A DNA stretch of 42,538 nt from an uncultured Methanosarcinales archaeon (GTDB taxonomy: Archaea; Nanobdellota; Nanobdellia; Woesearchaeales; JABMPP01). Below, one piece after another: positions 27,916 through 36,917 of this stretch; within the stretch, counting starts at the first letter, position 1; every line of letters begins with the position of its first letter. A model generated the notes under the pieces. The model saw only the letters and a list, made by a program, of their open reading frames with translations. It was not told the origin of the DNA and made no database searches. The position numbers and the translations under genes are program-made. The DNA is taken from NCBI GenBank assembly GCA_964604995.1, contig CAZSAD010000012.1:1-42538 (forward strand). The letters run 5' to 3'.

Positions 27916-28800
27916 ATGACAGAGAACGTGCCTTTCAATTATTGTGGCTTGCCACCTGAATTTTCTAACTATAAAAAAAGCAAAGTAGTTGTAGTGCCAA
28001 TACCATTTGATGGGACAAGCAGCTGGGGAAAAGGCGCAAATTTTGGACCAAAAGCACTTATCGATGCATCAAGAAATATGGAATTTTATGATATTGAAAC
28101 AAACAGTGAGCCTTACAAAGTTGGAATTTTCACTGATAAAAATATTGTTGCAAAAACACCCGAAGAGATGGCACAAAAAGGATATGAAAAAGTAAAAAAG
28201 TTATTAGATGATGGTAAGTTTGTTGTAACAATTGGCGGAGAGCATTCTATTTCTACTGGACCAATAAAAGCTTATGCTGAAAAATTTAATGGTAAAATTA
28301 GTGTTTTGCATTTTGATGCACATACTGATATGAGAGAAGAATACGAAGGAACAAAATATAACCATGCATGTGCAATGGCAAGAGCAATGGATGATTGTTT
28401 AGGAGTTGTAAGTGTGGGAATTAGAAGCATGGATATTAGTGAATGGGATAATATCAATGCTAAAAAAATGAAAGGAAAAAAACATGATATTTTCTTTGCA
28501 GAAAAAATATATGATAATGAAAAATGGATGGATAAAGCTATAAAATTGCTTAGTAATAAAATTTATATTTCAATTGATTTGGATGTTTTTGATCCGAGTA
28601 TTTTACCATCAACTGGAACGCCTGAACCTGGCGGCTTAGGATGGTATACTATGCTAAAATTTCTAAAAAAAGTTGCAAGCAAAAAAAATATAGTTGGCTT
28701 TGATGTTGTTGAACTTGCACCAAATCCGAAAGATAAAGCATCTGATTTTATTGCTGCAAAACTTATCTATAAAATTCTTGCATATAAATACCAAATGTGA
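27916..28800 (+). CDS. speB: Agmatinase (ureohydrolase family)
   Basis: GGEHSIS, HFDAHTD, SIDLDVFDPS, TGTPEPGG, DVVE. Confidence 0.95.
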   Translation: MTENVPFNYCGLPPEFSNYKKSKVVVVPIPFDGTSSWGKGANFGPKALIDASRNMEFYDIETNSEPYKVGIFTDKNIVAKTPEEMAQKGYEKVKKLLDDGKFVVTIGGEHSISTGPIKAYAEKFNGKISVLHFDAHTDMREEYEGTKYNHACAMARAMDDCLGVVSVGIRSMDISEWDNINAKKMKGKKHDIFFAEKIYDNEKWMDKAIKLLSNKIYISIDLDVFDPSILPSTGTPEPGGLGWYTMLKFLKKVASKKNIVGFDVVELAPNPKDKASDFIAAKLIYKILAYKYQM

Positions 28801-28941
28801 ATTGTGTGCTATGTAAATTTGATATTTTGATTTAATATAACGTTGAGATATAATCTTAAAAATACAATTCTCTTTATTTTTGTTACTTAATAGAGAAGAT
28901 TTATATTTGACTAGAATGCCCCCATAGTTTAGGTCATTTAA

Positions 28942-29442
28942 ATGTACGAAAAAAACTATAAACCGAAAATTGTTAATTCATTATTAACGGATAAGTATAA
29001 TGATTATATTTTAAATGTAGTTTTTGCTAACAAGCATGGACCAACTGAAAGAGTTGAAATAAAAGGTTTTGGGAGAGAAGAAAATCTGACAATAACGCAG
29101 TTTAATTTGTTAGATTACAAACTAAATTCAATTATAGAAATTGACACAGTAAAAAATCAAGTTAAAATTAATGATTCAACTTTTGAACCTATTTATAACA
29201 AAACCCAAAAAAGCTTGGAATTGTTATACCATACTTTGGAATATTTGCCCTTATTAAAAAGCGAAGCTAATAAGATGTACAAATTGTCAACTAAAAAAAT
29301 ATTAAAAGAAAATTCACAAGAACACTTATTGAAAAAAAGTGAGATTTTATCAGGTACCCAATCACTTATTGGAATAATTAAAAATGAGATAGATAAAATA
29401 GAAAGAGAAGCAATAGAAAGAATGAAGCAACAAGAAGCATAA
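28942..29442 (+). CDS. Hypothetical protein
   Basis: 166-aa ORF with AGGT SD and an upstream TATA. Confidence 0.65.
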   Translation: MYEKNYKPKIVNSLLTDKYNDYILNVVFANKHGPTERVEIKGFGREENLTITQFNLLDYKLNSIIEIDTVKNQVKINDSTFEPIYNKTQKSLELLYHTLEYLPLLKSEANKMYKLSTKKILKENSQEHLLKKSEILSGTQSLIGIIKNEIDKIEREAIERMKQQEA

Positions 29443-29492
29443 TACTAAAAAAAAAGTATTTAAAAAAATTAATTATTTATGAGAATAATGAT

Positions 29493-29894
29493 TTATTTGG
29501 GAAGCAAATTGTTTAATGTATTTTTCATTTTTTCCACCGCATTTTCTTCCATCTTGGAAACAAAAATATCATAATGTGTTTTGCAATGAAGATCATACTT
29601 TTGATTAATCAAAGTTTCATCTTCTGTTGTATAAACAATAACTGGCAAATTGGATTTTTTAATATACACCATTAAATTTTGTAATTCTTGAATATTTTCC
29701 CAATTTTTAAAATACACAAAAGGTTCAACTAAAAAAGCAGCATATTTTTCAGGATTATCTATTAATTCTTGGGCAGCTTCTTCAACTGTATCAACTAAAT
29801 CTATTTCCCTTTTTAATGCTTCACTTTGATAAGGGCTTGATGCCAATGCTCCAAAATCATCCAACATTAATAATGCTTTATTTGCTTTATCCAT
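29493..29894 (-). CDS. Standalone receiver (REC)-like domain protein, atypical
   Basis: LLMLDD (beta1), VEEAAQEL, AFLVE (beta3), LPVIVYTT (beta4), FVSK (beta5). Confidence 0.6.
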   Translation of the reverse strand: MDKANKALLMLDDFGALASSPYQSEALKREIDLVDTVEEAAQELIDNPEKYAAFLVEPFVYFKNWENIQELQNLMVYIKKSNLPVIVYTTEDETLINQKYDLHCKTHYDIFVSKMEENAVEKMKNTLNNLLPK

Positions 29895-30076
29895 ATGGAA
29901 TTAGATTTGAAGTGTAGTTTTTAAATTTATGTATTTTATAACTACTATTAAATGAGTAATTTTTCAAAAGTGTCCCTAAAATGATGAGTAACTAAATACC
30001 ACCTAAACAAGAAATTACCATCAAAATTATTGCAAAACAAAAAAATTTTTAAATAAGTTGTTTCAGAGAAAAGAGT

Positions 30077-30286
30077 ATGGCAAAAGACGAAGATTATGAA
30101 GAACAAGAAGAAGTTGTGGATGATGAAGACCCTTACAGTGAAAAAGGTAGGGGAGAAATGCTAGAAGATGACGAAATCTCTTCAGAAGAGCAAGGTTTCT
30201 TAGAAGGATACGATAGTGCTAACAAGGAAGAAAAGGAAACCAAGGATAAAGATTCTGAAGAGGAAGAAGAATCCGAAAGTGAGTAA
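30077..30286 (+). CDS. Small, extremely acidic protein
   Basis: 69 aa, roughly half D/E; core DPYSEKGRGEMLEDDEISSEEQGFLEGYD. Confidence 0.8.
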   Translation: MAKDEDYEEQEEVVDDEDPYSEKGRGEMLEDDEISSEEQGFLEGYDSANKEEKETKDKDSEEEEESESE

Positions 30287-30380
30287 TAATTTTTTTATTT
30301 CATAATTTTTCTAATCCACTAACTTATAATTTTATAATTTAGCAAAGATTAAATAGAAACAGTTAGTATTTTCTTTGAAT

Positions 30381-32066
30381 ATGGCAGATTTTGAATTAGA
30401 AATAAAGGATTTGATTAGAAAACAAGTAACTATATCTGATATTGTACTTGAAGTTCCAAAAAATGCAAGTCTTGGTGACTATGCATTTCCTTGTTATCTT
30501 CTAGCTAAAGAACAAAAAAAGAACCCAATTCAAATTGCACTGGATCTTGCAACAAAAATAAAACCAATTGGTAGCATTACTAAAATTGAAGCAGCTGGAC
30601 CTTATCTTAATTTTTTTGTTGATAAAAGTGCAGTTGTTGCAAAAGTTATTGATGAAATATTAAAAGAAAAAAATCATTTTGGATCAACACATATTGGAAA
30701 AAACAAGCATGCTTTAATTGAACATACAAGTGTTAATCCTAATGCATCACCTCATTTAGGCAGAGCAAGAAATGCAATGATTGGTGATAGCCTTGCAAGA
30801 ATGTTAAGATTCCATGGATTTAAAACTGAAGTTCATTATTTTGTCAATGATATTGGCAAACAAATTGCAATGCTTGTTATTGGCTGTGAAAATAAAAAAG
30901 ATGTTACTTTTGATGATCTTCTTTCAATATATATGGATATAAGTAAGCAAACTGAAGAGAATTTGGAAATAGAAAAGCAAATTTTTGAATTATTGCATAA
31001 ATTAGAAGAAGGCGATGAAAAAACAAAGACAAAATTCGAACATGTTGTTAAAATATGCATTGATGGACAAAAAAGAATATTGCATGAATTTGGAATTGAT
31101 TATGATTTTTTTGATCATGAGAGCAAATATCTTTTTAGTAAAAAAACAAATGATATACTTGCAAAATTCGAAAAAATGGGAAAACTATTTGTTGATGAAC
31201 AAAACAGAAAAGTTTTGGATCTCAAAGGATTTGATATCCCAATAGACAATCCCATTTTTGTCTTGACGAGAGCAGATGGAACTTCACTTTACCAATTAAG
31301 AGATATTACTTACCACATTGAAAAAATAGAAAAAGCAGAAAATAATTATTTAGTTTTAGGTGAAGACCATAAATTATATTTTTCACAATTAACTGCTGCA
31401 TTAAAATTATTAGGGTACGATGCACCAAAAGTTATACATTATTCTTTTGTACTTTTAAATGAAGGTAAAATGTCAACTAGAAAAGGAAATGTGGTTTTGC
31501 TCGAAGGATTCATGAATGAAGCAAAAGAAAAAGCATTATCTGAAATTAAAAAAAGGCATGGTGATGTACCTGAAGCTGAAAAACTTGCAAAAATGATAGG
31601 ATATGGTGCTGTTAAATTTGCAATATTAAAAGTTAGTGCTGAAAAAAATGTAATGTTTGACTGGGAAGCTGCACTTAATTTTGAAGGTGAATCTGGTCCA
31701 TATATACAATATAGCCATGCGAGAATTGCATCATTAATAACTAAATTTGAGGATAAATTTTCACAAATTCCAAAAGAAGCGAATTTATCACTTTTAAGAC
31801 AAGAACCTGAAATAAAGCTTGCTGTAAAACTTGCTGATTTTGAAAATGTAGCAAAAAAAGCATTTGAAGATTTAAGACCGCACATAATTGCAAATTATGC
31901 AAATGAACTAGCTCAAAAATTCAATGAGTTTTACCATGACTGCCAGGTTATAGTTGAAGAGGATGAAGAATTATCTAAAGCAAGAGTATTACTTAGTATT
32001 GCAACAAAACAAGTTTTAAGAAATTCTTTGGAACTTCTTGGGATTGATGCACCAGAAAGAATGTAG
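30381..32066 (+). CDS. argS: Arginine--tRNA ligase
   Basis: GDYAFP, GPYLNF, EHTSVNPNASPHLGR (HIGH-like), KMSTRKG, GPYIQYSHAR, C-terminal LGIDAPERM. Confidence 0.97.
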   Translation: MADFELEIKDLIRKQVTISDIVLEVPKNASLGDYAFPCYLLAKEQKKNPIQIALDLATKIKPIGSITKIEAAGPYLNFFVDKSAVVAKVIDEILKEKNHFGSTHIGKNKHALIEHTSVNPNASPHLGRARNAMIGDSLARMLRFHGFKTEVHYFVNDIGKQIAMLVIGCENKKDVTFDDLLSIYMDISKQTEENLEIEKQIFELLHKLEEGDEKTKTKFEHVVKICIDGQKRILHEFGIDYDFFDHESKYLFSKKTNDILAKFEKMGKLFVDEQNRKVLDLKGFDIPIDNPIFVLTRADGTSLYQLRDITYHIEKIEKAENNYLVLGEDHKLYFSQLTAALKLLGYDAPKVIHYSFVLLNEGKMSTRKGNVVLLEGFMNEAKEKALSEIKKRHGDVPEAEKLAKMIGYGAVKFAILKVSAEKNVMFDWEAALNFEGESGPYIQYSHARIASLITKFEDKFSQIPKEANLSLLRQEPEIKLAVKLADFENVAKKAFEDLRPHIIANYANELAQKFNEFYHDCQVIVEEDEELSKARVLLSIATKQVLRNSLELLGIDAPERM

Positions 32067-32265
32067 ATAATTTGAATTAAAAATTATAAAAATATCATTT
32101 TCTAATTTATTTTTCGATTATGTTACAATTATACCTACTTTGCAATGATAAATTTGGACAAGATTTATATATAACTAGTTGTGTTTTAAAATTATACTTA
32201 ATTTTTTTATGAAATGAGACCATGATAAAAGAAATTATAATTTTGTAATAGATTGAGGGATTTAA

Positions 32266-32778
32266 ATGAAGAATATAAACAACCATGCAAAAATACAAAC
32301 TATAGAAGATACTACAAAAACAAATAGACATATCCATATAACAAAAGAACAAATGCTCCAAATAATTGCTGAGGCTAATGAACTTATCCCATTTTATAGA
32401 AAAGCAAATAAAGAAAACCCAAAAAATTTTTATGATTTTAGAAATGCTGATACTGTCGCATTAAGAAAATTAGAATCTATGGTTGGCGGAATATTTACTG
32501 GTGTAAAACTTGCAGGAGAAAATATAAATGTGCATTATCAAAATGGGATTTTAGGAGATAATGGTAAAGTTGAAATTTATAAGGGTACAAATAATATAGT
32601 GTTAGATGGATTTAAAGAATCAGGCACTATTGCAAAATTTGCCATAAATTTAGCAGATACTTTAGATGAGAGAGTAGATAAAGGATCATCTGACTTAAAG
32701 GGAATAATGATGCCCAATCTTAAAGCTTATACAGCTACATTAAGAAAAAACATTAACCTTTATCATGGTTGGGTATAA
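32266..32778 (+). CDS. Hypothetical protein
   Basis: 170-aa ORF with GAGG SD. Confidence 0.65.
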   Translation: MKNINNHAKIQTIEDTTKTNRHIHITKEQMLQIIAEANELIPFYRKANKENPKNFYDFRNADTVALRKLESMVGGIFTGVKLAGENINVHYQNGILGDNGKVEIYKGTNNIVLDGFKESGTIAKFAINLADTLDERVDKGSSDLKGIMMPNLKAYTATLRKNINLYHGWV

Positions 32779-32953
32779 AAAATAAAAGCAGCATACCAAA
32801 AGTTTAGCAATGGTAGTATACCAAAAGCTTTTATAATAAACAGTTTTGTTTTATTTTTATCATCTAAGATAAGTTAGAAATTTAAAAATTGCAAAAACTT
32901 GTTTTTGTTTCTTGCTTGTTTAAATGATGATTATAATTTAAGGAGAGGATTTT

Positions 32954-33385
32954 ATGCCAGTTAAACAGGGAGATAGGATTAAAGTTGATTATGTTGGAAC
33001 ACTCGAAGATGGATTTGAATTTGATAATTCTGAAAAACACGGCGCACCATTGGAATTTACAGTTGGTGAAGGAGAAGTCATCAAAGGATTTGATGAAGCA
33101 ATAATTGGAATGGAAATTGGCGAAGAAAAAACAATTAATCTAAAGCCAAGTGAAGCTTATGGTGAAGCAGATCCGCATTTAGTTATCAAAGTACCAAAGG
33201 ACAAATTGCCAACAGATATGAAACTTGAAAAAGGAATGATGCTTGGTGTAAGCTTACCAACAGGACAGCAAATGCCAGCAACAATTGTTGATATTGCCGA
33301 AACTGAAGTTACAATTGATTTTAATCCTCCACTTGCTGGAAAAACATTAAACTTCAAGCTAAAGATTATTGAAATAATGGTTTAG
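32954..33385 (+). CDS. slyD: FKBP-type peptidyl-prolyl isomerase (short SlyD-like, no His-rich tail)
   Basis: VDYVGTLEDG..FD, PLEFTVG, GFDEA, PSEAYG, IDFNPPLAGKTLNF. Confidence 0.92.
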   Translation: MPVKQGDRIKVDYVGTLEDGFEFDNSEKHGAPLEFTVGEGEVIKGFDEAIIGMEIGEEKTINLKPSEAYGEADPHLVIKVPKDKLPTDMKLEKGMMLGVSLPTGQQMPATIVDIAETEVTIDFNPPLAGKTLNFKLKIIEIMV

Positions 33386-33513
33386 AAAATTTAAGATAAT
33401 ATCTTGATTTTTTTATTTTTCTATTTTATTTGCTTGTCATTTATTTTTTGAATATAATTATTAAAGAGTTTATTTAATCATAAGAGTAGATGTAATGATT
33501 TTTGACACTAGAA

Positions 33514-33762
33514 TTATTTGTAAATATTTTTTCTATGCCCTAATTCCACAACAAAAATAATGAACTTATCTTCATTGATATCTATAATAATTCTGTAATC
33601 ACCCACACGAAGCCGAAAATAATTACAACCAACAATTCTTTTTATGTATGCTTGAGGACGTATTCTGCATCTTTCAATAGAATTAAGTATTCTTTGCTGC
33701 AATTCTTTGTCCAATTTCTTAAGCTGTTTTACTGCAAGTTCTGAATAAATAAGAGAATACAT
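33514..33762 (-). CDS. RelE/ParE family toxin
   Basis: AVKQLKKLDK..QQRI, FRLRVGDYRII, LGHRKNIYK; TGATG overlap with the antitoxin gene. Confidence 0.92.
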   Translation of the reverse strand: MYSLIYSELAVKQLKKLDKELQQRILNSIERCRIRPQAYIKRIVGCNYFRLRVGDYRIIIDINEDKFIIFVVELGHRKNIYK

Positions 33763-33980
33763 CAAAACCCAAGCTCCTTTTTTACTTGCTCATGTGTATA
33801 AAATTTGCCTTTAGCAATCTGTTTTTTAGCTTCCGTGACATTTCGTTTAGTTTCTTCTGAAAGTTCCATGTGATCCTCAACTAAATCCCAAATAATATCC
33901 TCATAACTTTCTTTATCTGACATTTTCATTGTCTTTAACCTATCCATTAGTTGGTTGCTTATTTGTATTGTTGTTGCCAT
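33762..33980 (-). CDS. Cognate antitoxin, RHH-like (start revised to 33980)
   Basis: MATTIQISNQLMDRLKTMK..ESYEDII...GKFYTHEQVKKELGF; directly upstream of relE. Confidence 0.85.
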   Translation of the reverse strand: MATTIQISNQLMDRLKTMKMSDKESYEDIIWDLVEDHMELSEETKRNVTEAKKQIAKGKFYTHEQVKKELGF

Positions 33981-33984
33981 AGCA

Positions 33985-34011
33985 ACTATATAATGTGATA
34001 TAGTATATAAA
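33985..34011 (-). promoter_or_regulatory. TA promoter: TATA box plus inverted-repeat operator, probably leaderless
   Basis: ACTATAT-N6-ATATAGT (33985-34004) lies between TTTATATA (minus strand, 34004-34011) and the ATG. Confidence 0.6.
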
Positions 34012-34145
34012 CTTTTCTGAAAAAAATAACTCAATTAAAAATTTTATGAAATGTTTTACTAGAATTTTTATAAATTTATTATTGCAATTAAATTTTATAT
34101 ATTGATCAAAAGAAAATCTAAAATCTATAGTTATAATTTTTTGAT

Positions 34146-34217
34146 TTATGCAAGTACTGCAATAACGCTAACTAAAAGTAAACCTGCCAATATGGCTGTA
34201 AATTTAATCATTTTCAT
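34146..34217 (-). CDS. 23-aa hydrophobic micro-peptide or truncated signal-peptide remnant
   Basis: MKMIKFTAILAGLLLVSVIAVLA*; GGGGG SD upstream. Confidence 0.45.
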   Translation of the reverse strand: MKMIKFTAILAGLLLVSVIAVLA

Positions 34218-34370
34218 TCTTATCCCCCTAAATACTTTTCTTTAGAATTTATAAGGGATTTATAAAGTTGATGAAAAATAATTTTTTACTAGCGACAAAA
34301 AATTTATAAACTAATTAATTATAAAATTAAAATAATAACCCTTATACAGTAGTACAGGGGAGGTGGAAAA

Positions 34371-34580
34371 ATGTGTTTAACAAAACAATTTGAGAAAATG
34401 ACTAAAAAAATGAAATGGTATGACATTTCACTTGTAAAATTAACAGTATTTTTTGCCACACTTTTTTTAATAACTGTCTGGAGTGGATTTAGAAATTTCG
34501 TTTTAGGAGTTGAATGGTATTGGTATCTTGCTATAACAGTTGTTTTGATGATACCTCTTTTCAAAAAAATGTTTTTTTGA
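34371..34580 (+). CDS. Small 2-TM membrane protein
   Basis: KMKWYDISLVKL...WYWY; strong GGAGGTG SD. Confidence 0.8.
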   Translation: MCLTKQFEKMTKKMKWYDISLVKLTVFFATLFLITVWSGFRNFVLGVEWYWYLAITVVLMIPLFKKMFF

Positions 34581-34713
34581 TTAAAGAATAAAGATTATTT
34601 ACTTTATTTTTTATTTTGATTTTTTATTGTTTAATAAGTTTTGTTTAAGACATAACTACTATTAGGTAATCAATTTAGAAAGATTTAAATTAGATTATTA
34701 TATTCTTGAATGC

Positions 34714-35091
34714 ATGAATGAAAACTATGCATTAAAGAGCCATTCTCAGCTTAAAGAATTTAGAGCAGATCCGCAAAAATTATTTGATAAGAGAGTTGGA
34801 CACAAAGATGAAAATTTACAAGGTGGTGAAACTCCAATTGGACATACTTATTCAGTTATTCTCGAAGAGTTGGCAAATGAAAAGTTGGATTCGTATCCTG
34901 ATGCTAAAGGATTTCTTGAGTTTTTAAATAAAAACAAACCATATTGCCAAAGAGAATACACACTCCAATACCCCACTTGGGTCAGTGATGTCTTTTGGCT
35001 AGTTGTAAAGTATATGGAACAAAAAGGACTCTCTTCAGAAAGACAAAAAAGAGTTATTAACGAAATAGTTGGGCCAAATTGCGTTTATTAA
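34714..35091 (+). CDS. Hypothetical protein
   Basis: 125 aa; TATA (TTTAAA) about 25 nt upstream. Confidence 0.65.
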   Translation: MNENYALKSHSQLKEFRADPQKLFDKRVGHKDENLQGGETPIGHTYSVILEELANEKLDSYPDAKGFLEFLNKNKPYCQREYTLQYPTWVSDVFWLVVKYMEQKGLSSERQKRVINEIVGPNCVY

Positions 35092-35139
35092 ATAAAAAAC
35101 ATTAAATAAAAAATCTTGACAAGGTTTTTTTCGCTAACA

Positions 35140-35288
35140 TTTATAAACCCCTTATTTCTCCTTATTCTTACCAGTGACTGATGACGGCAAAATTGCCCGA
35201 ACGAGGACAAGTGTTCTGATTTTGTCCTAATATCAAATAAAAGACAGTTACGGAAAAAAATCTGATAGAAAGATTAAAGGTGAATAAA
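35140..35288 (+). promoter_or_regulatory. Promoter and structured 5' leader of rpl7ae with box C/D- or K-turn-like motifs
   Basis: TTTATAAA at 35140-35147; CTGATGA at 35178-35184; CTGA at 35216 and 35262; three stems. Confidence 0.55.
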
Positions 35289-35636
35289 ATGGCAGAAGAA
35301 TTACCAAAAGAAATACAAGAAAGAGTTTTTGAAGCAATAGAGACAGCAAAGGCAACAGGCAAACTTAAGAAAGGCACAAATGAAGTAACAAAAGCAATTG
35401 AAAAAGGCCAAGCAAAATTGGTTGCAATTGCAAAAGATGTAACTCCAGCCGAAATAGTTATGCACATACCACTTCTAGCTGAAGAAAAAAGTATAGTTTG
35501 TGCAGTTGTTGGCAGCAAGGAAGAACTTGGAGCAGCAGCTGGACTTGATAGACCAACATCAAGCATTGCAATTGTAGTCGAAGGAGATGCTAAAGCAATC
35601 ATCTTAGAATTAAATAGCAAATTGTTAAAACAATAA
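35289..35636 (+). CDS. rpl7ae: 50S ribosomal protein L7Ae
   Basis: KKGTNEVTKAIEKG, DVTPAEIVMHIP, SKEELGAAAGL; AGGTGA SD before ATG 35289. Confidence 0.97.
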   Translation: MAEELPKEIQERVFEAIETAKATGKLKKGTNEVTKAIEKGQAKLVAIAKDVTPAEIVMHIPLLAEEKSIVCAVVGSKEELGAAAGLDRPTSSIAIVVEGDAKAIILELNSKLLKQ

Positions 35637-35713
35637 ATTTGTATTTAATAATCTAAACAACAATAAGAAATTAAAGATTATAACTAAAAATCAAAATTGC
35701 AAAGGTGTGAAAA

Positions 35714-36019
35714 ATGGGTCAAATCAACAAAGAGATAAGAAAGAAAAACGAAGGCAAGGAAGTTGCCGCTGAAGGAGAAAAGAAAGGCGAAGCCCAATTT
35801 ACTTTTGGATATCCTTCAAGAGTTGAAGAACTTATAGGCAGAACTGGAATGAGGGGCGAAGTTAGTCAAGTTCGATGCAAAGTTCTCGAAGGCAGAGATG
35901 CTAATAAAATTATTAGAAGAAACGTTAAAGGACCAGTTCAAGTTGGGGATATTTTAATGTTAAGAGAAACTGAATTTGAAGCAAGACAACTTTCCAAAGG
36001 CGGAAGGGGCAATAACTAA
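35714..36019 (+). CDS. rps28e: 30S ribosomal protein S28e with N-terminal extension
   Basis: [39 protein letters not shown]. Confidence 0.95.
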   Translation: MGQINKEIRKKNEGKEVAAEGEKKGEAQFTFGYPSRVEELIGRTGMRGEVSQVRCKVLEGRDANKIIRRNVKGPVQVGDILMLRETEFEARQLSKGGRGNN

Positions 36020-36028
36020 GTGATACAA

Positions 36029-36238
36029 ATGGTGAAATGTAACTTTTGTCAAAAAACCTTAGAACAAGGTACTGGAAAAATGTATGTCAAAAAAGACGGA
36101 ACTATTTTTTATTTTTGCTCAAGTAAATGTGAGAAAAATCTCATAAAAATGAGAAGAAATCCAAGAACCGTAACATGGACTGGAGAGTATGCTCGTGTTA
36201 AAAAAACAACCTTAGAAGAAAAAGCAAAGAAGCAATAA
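36029..36238 (+). CDS. rpl24e: 50S ribosomal protein L24e
   Basis: [27 protein letters not shown]. Confidence 0.97.
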   Translation: MVKCNFCQKTLEQGTGKMYVKKDGTIFYFCSSKCEKNLIKMRRNPRTVTWTGEYARVKKTTLEEKAKKQ

Positions 36239-36347
36239 GCTTTTTTTATTTTTCTTTTTGTATGTTTTTTTAAAAATAGTTTTTGAACAAAATTCAAAAA
36301 TAAATTAAAAAAATTAGGGAGATAATTAAAATCAAGAAGGTGGGAAC

Positions 36348-36827
36348 ATGATCGAAAGAACATTCGTACTCATTAAACCGGACGGAGTTGCAAGAAGTTT
36401 AATTGGTGAGATTTTAAAGAGATTTGAAACAGCTGGTCTAAAACTTGTTGCACTAAAGATGGTTTGGGTGGATGAGAAATTCGCAAGTGAACATTACAAA
36501 GCACATGCAGAAAAGAAATTTTTTGCTCCAACTGTTAAATATGTAACAGAAGGACCTGTTGTTGCAATGGTAATTGAAGGAGTTGCAGCTGTACATAATG
36601 TAAGAAAACTTGTTGGCTCAACTTCACCACATGAAGCATTACCTGGAACAATCAGAGGAGACTTTGCACATACGAGCATGGCTTATGCTGATCTAAGAAA
36701 TTGCGGCGGAAAAAATCTTATCCATGCTTCTGATAAATTAGAAACAGCAAAGCAAGAAATTGCTTTATGGTTTAATAATAAAGAGATACATACTTACAAG
36801 AACGCAACAGAAATGCACACGTTCTGA
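36348..36827 (+). CDS. ndk: Nucleoside diphosphate kinase
   Basis: ERTFVLIKPDGV, PGTIRGDF, NLIHASD. Confidence 0.97.
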   Translation: MIERTFVLIKPDGVARSLIGEILKRFETAGLKLVALKMVWVDEKFASEHYKAHAEKKFFAPTVKYVTEGPVVAMVIEGVAAVHNVRKLVGSTSPHEALPGTIRGDFAHTSMAYADLRNCGGKNLIHASDKLETAKQEIALWFNNKEIHTYKNATEMHTF

Positions 36828-36917
36828 TAAGATAAAACCTCATAAAAGTGGGGAATTTATTTAATTGAAAAAATATATTTAATTAAATAAAAATAAATGA
36901 ATTGAAAGGTGATCAAG

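Noticed and set aside
32790..32830. Imperfect 16-bp direct repeat AG(C/T)ATACCAAAAG(T/C)TT
   Set aside because: Only two copies and no supporting context; at most a local promoter duplication.
35178..35230. Hammerhead ribozyme (CUGAUGA...GAA)
   Set aside because: The core reads GAAC rather than GAAA, the stem II closing pair is C-C, and no matching stems I/III with a cleavage triplet were found.
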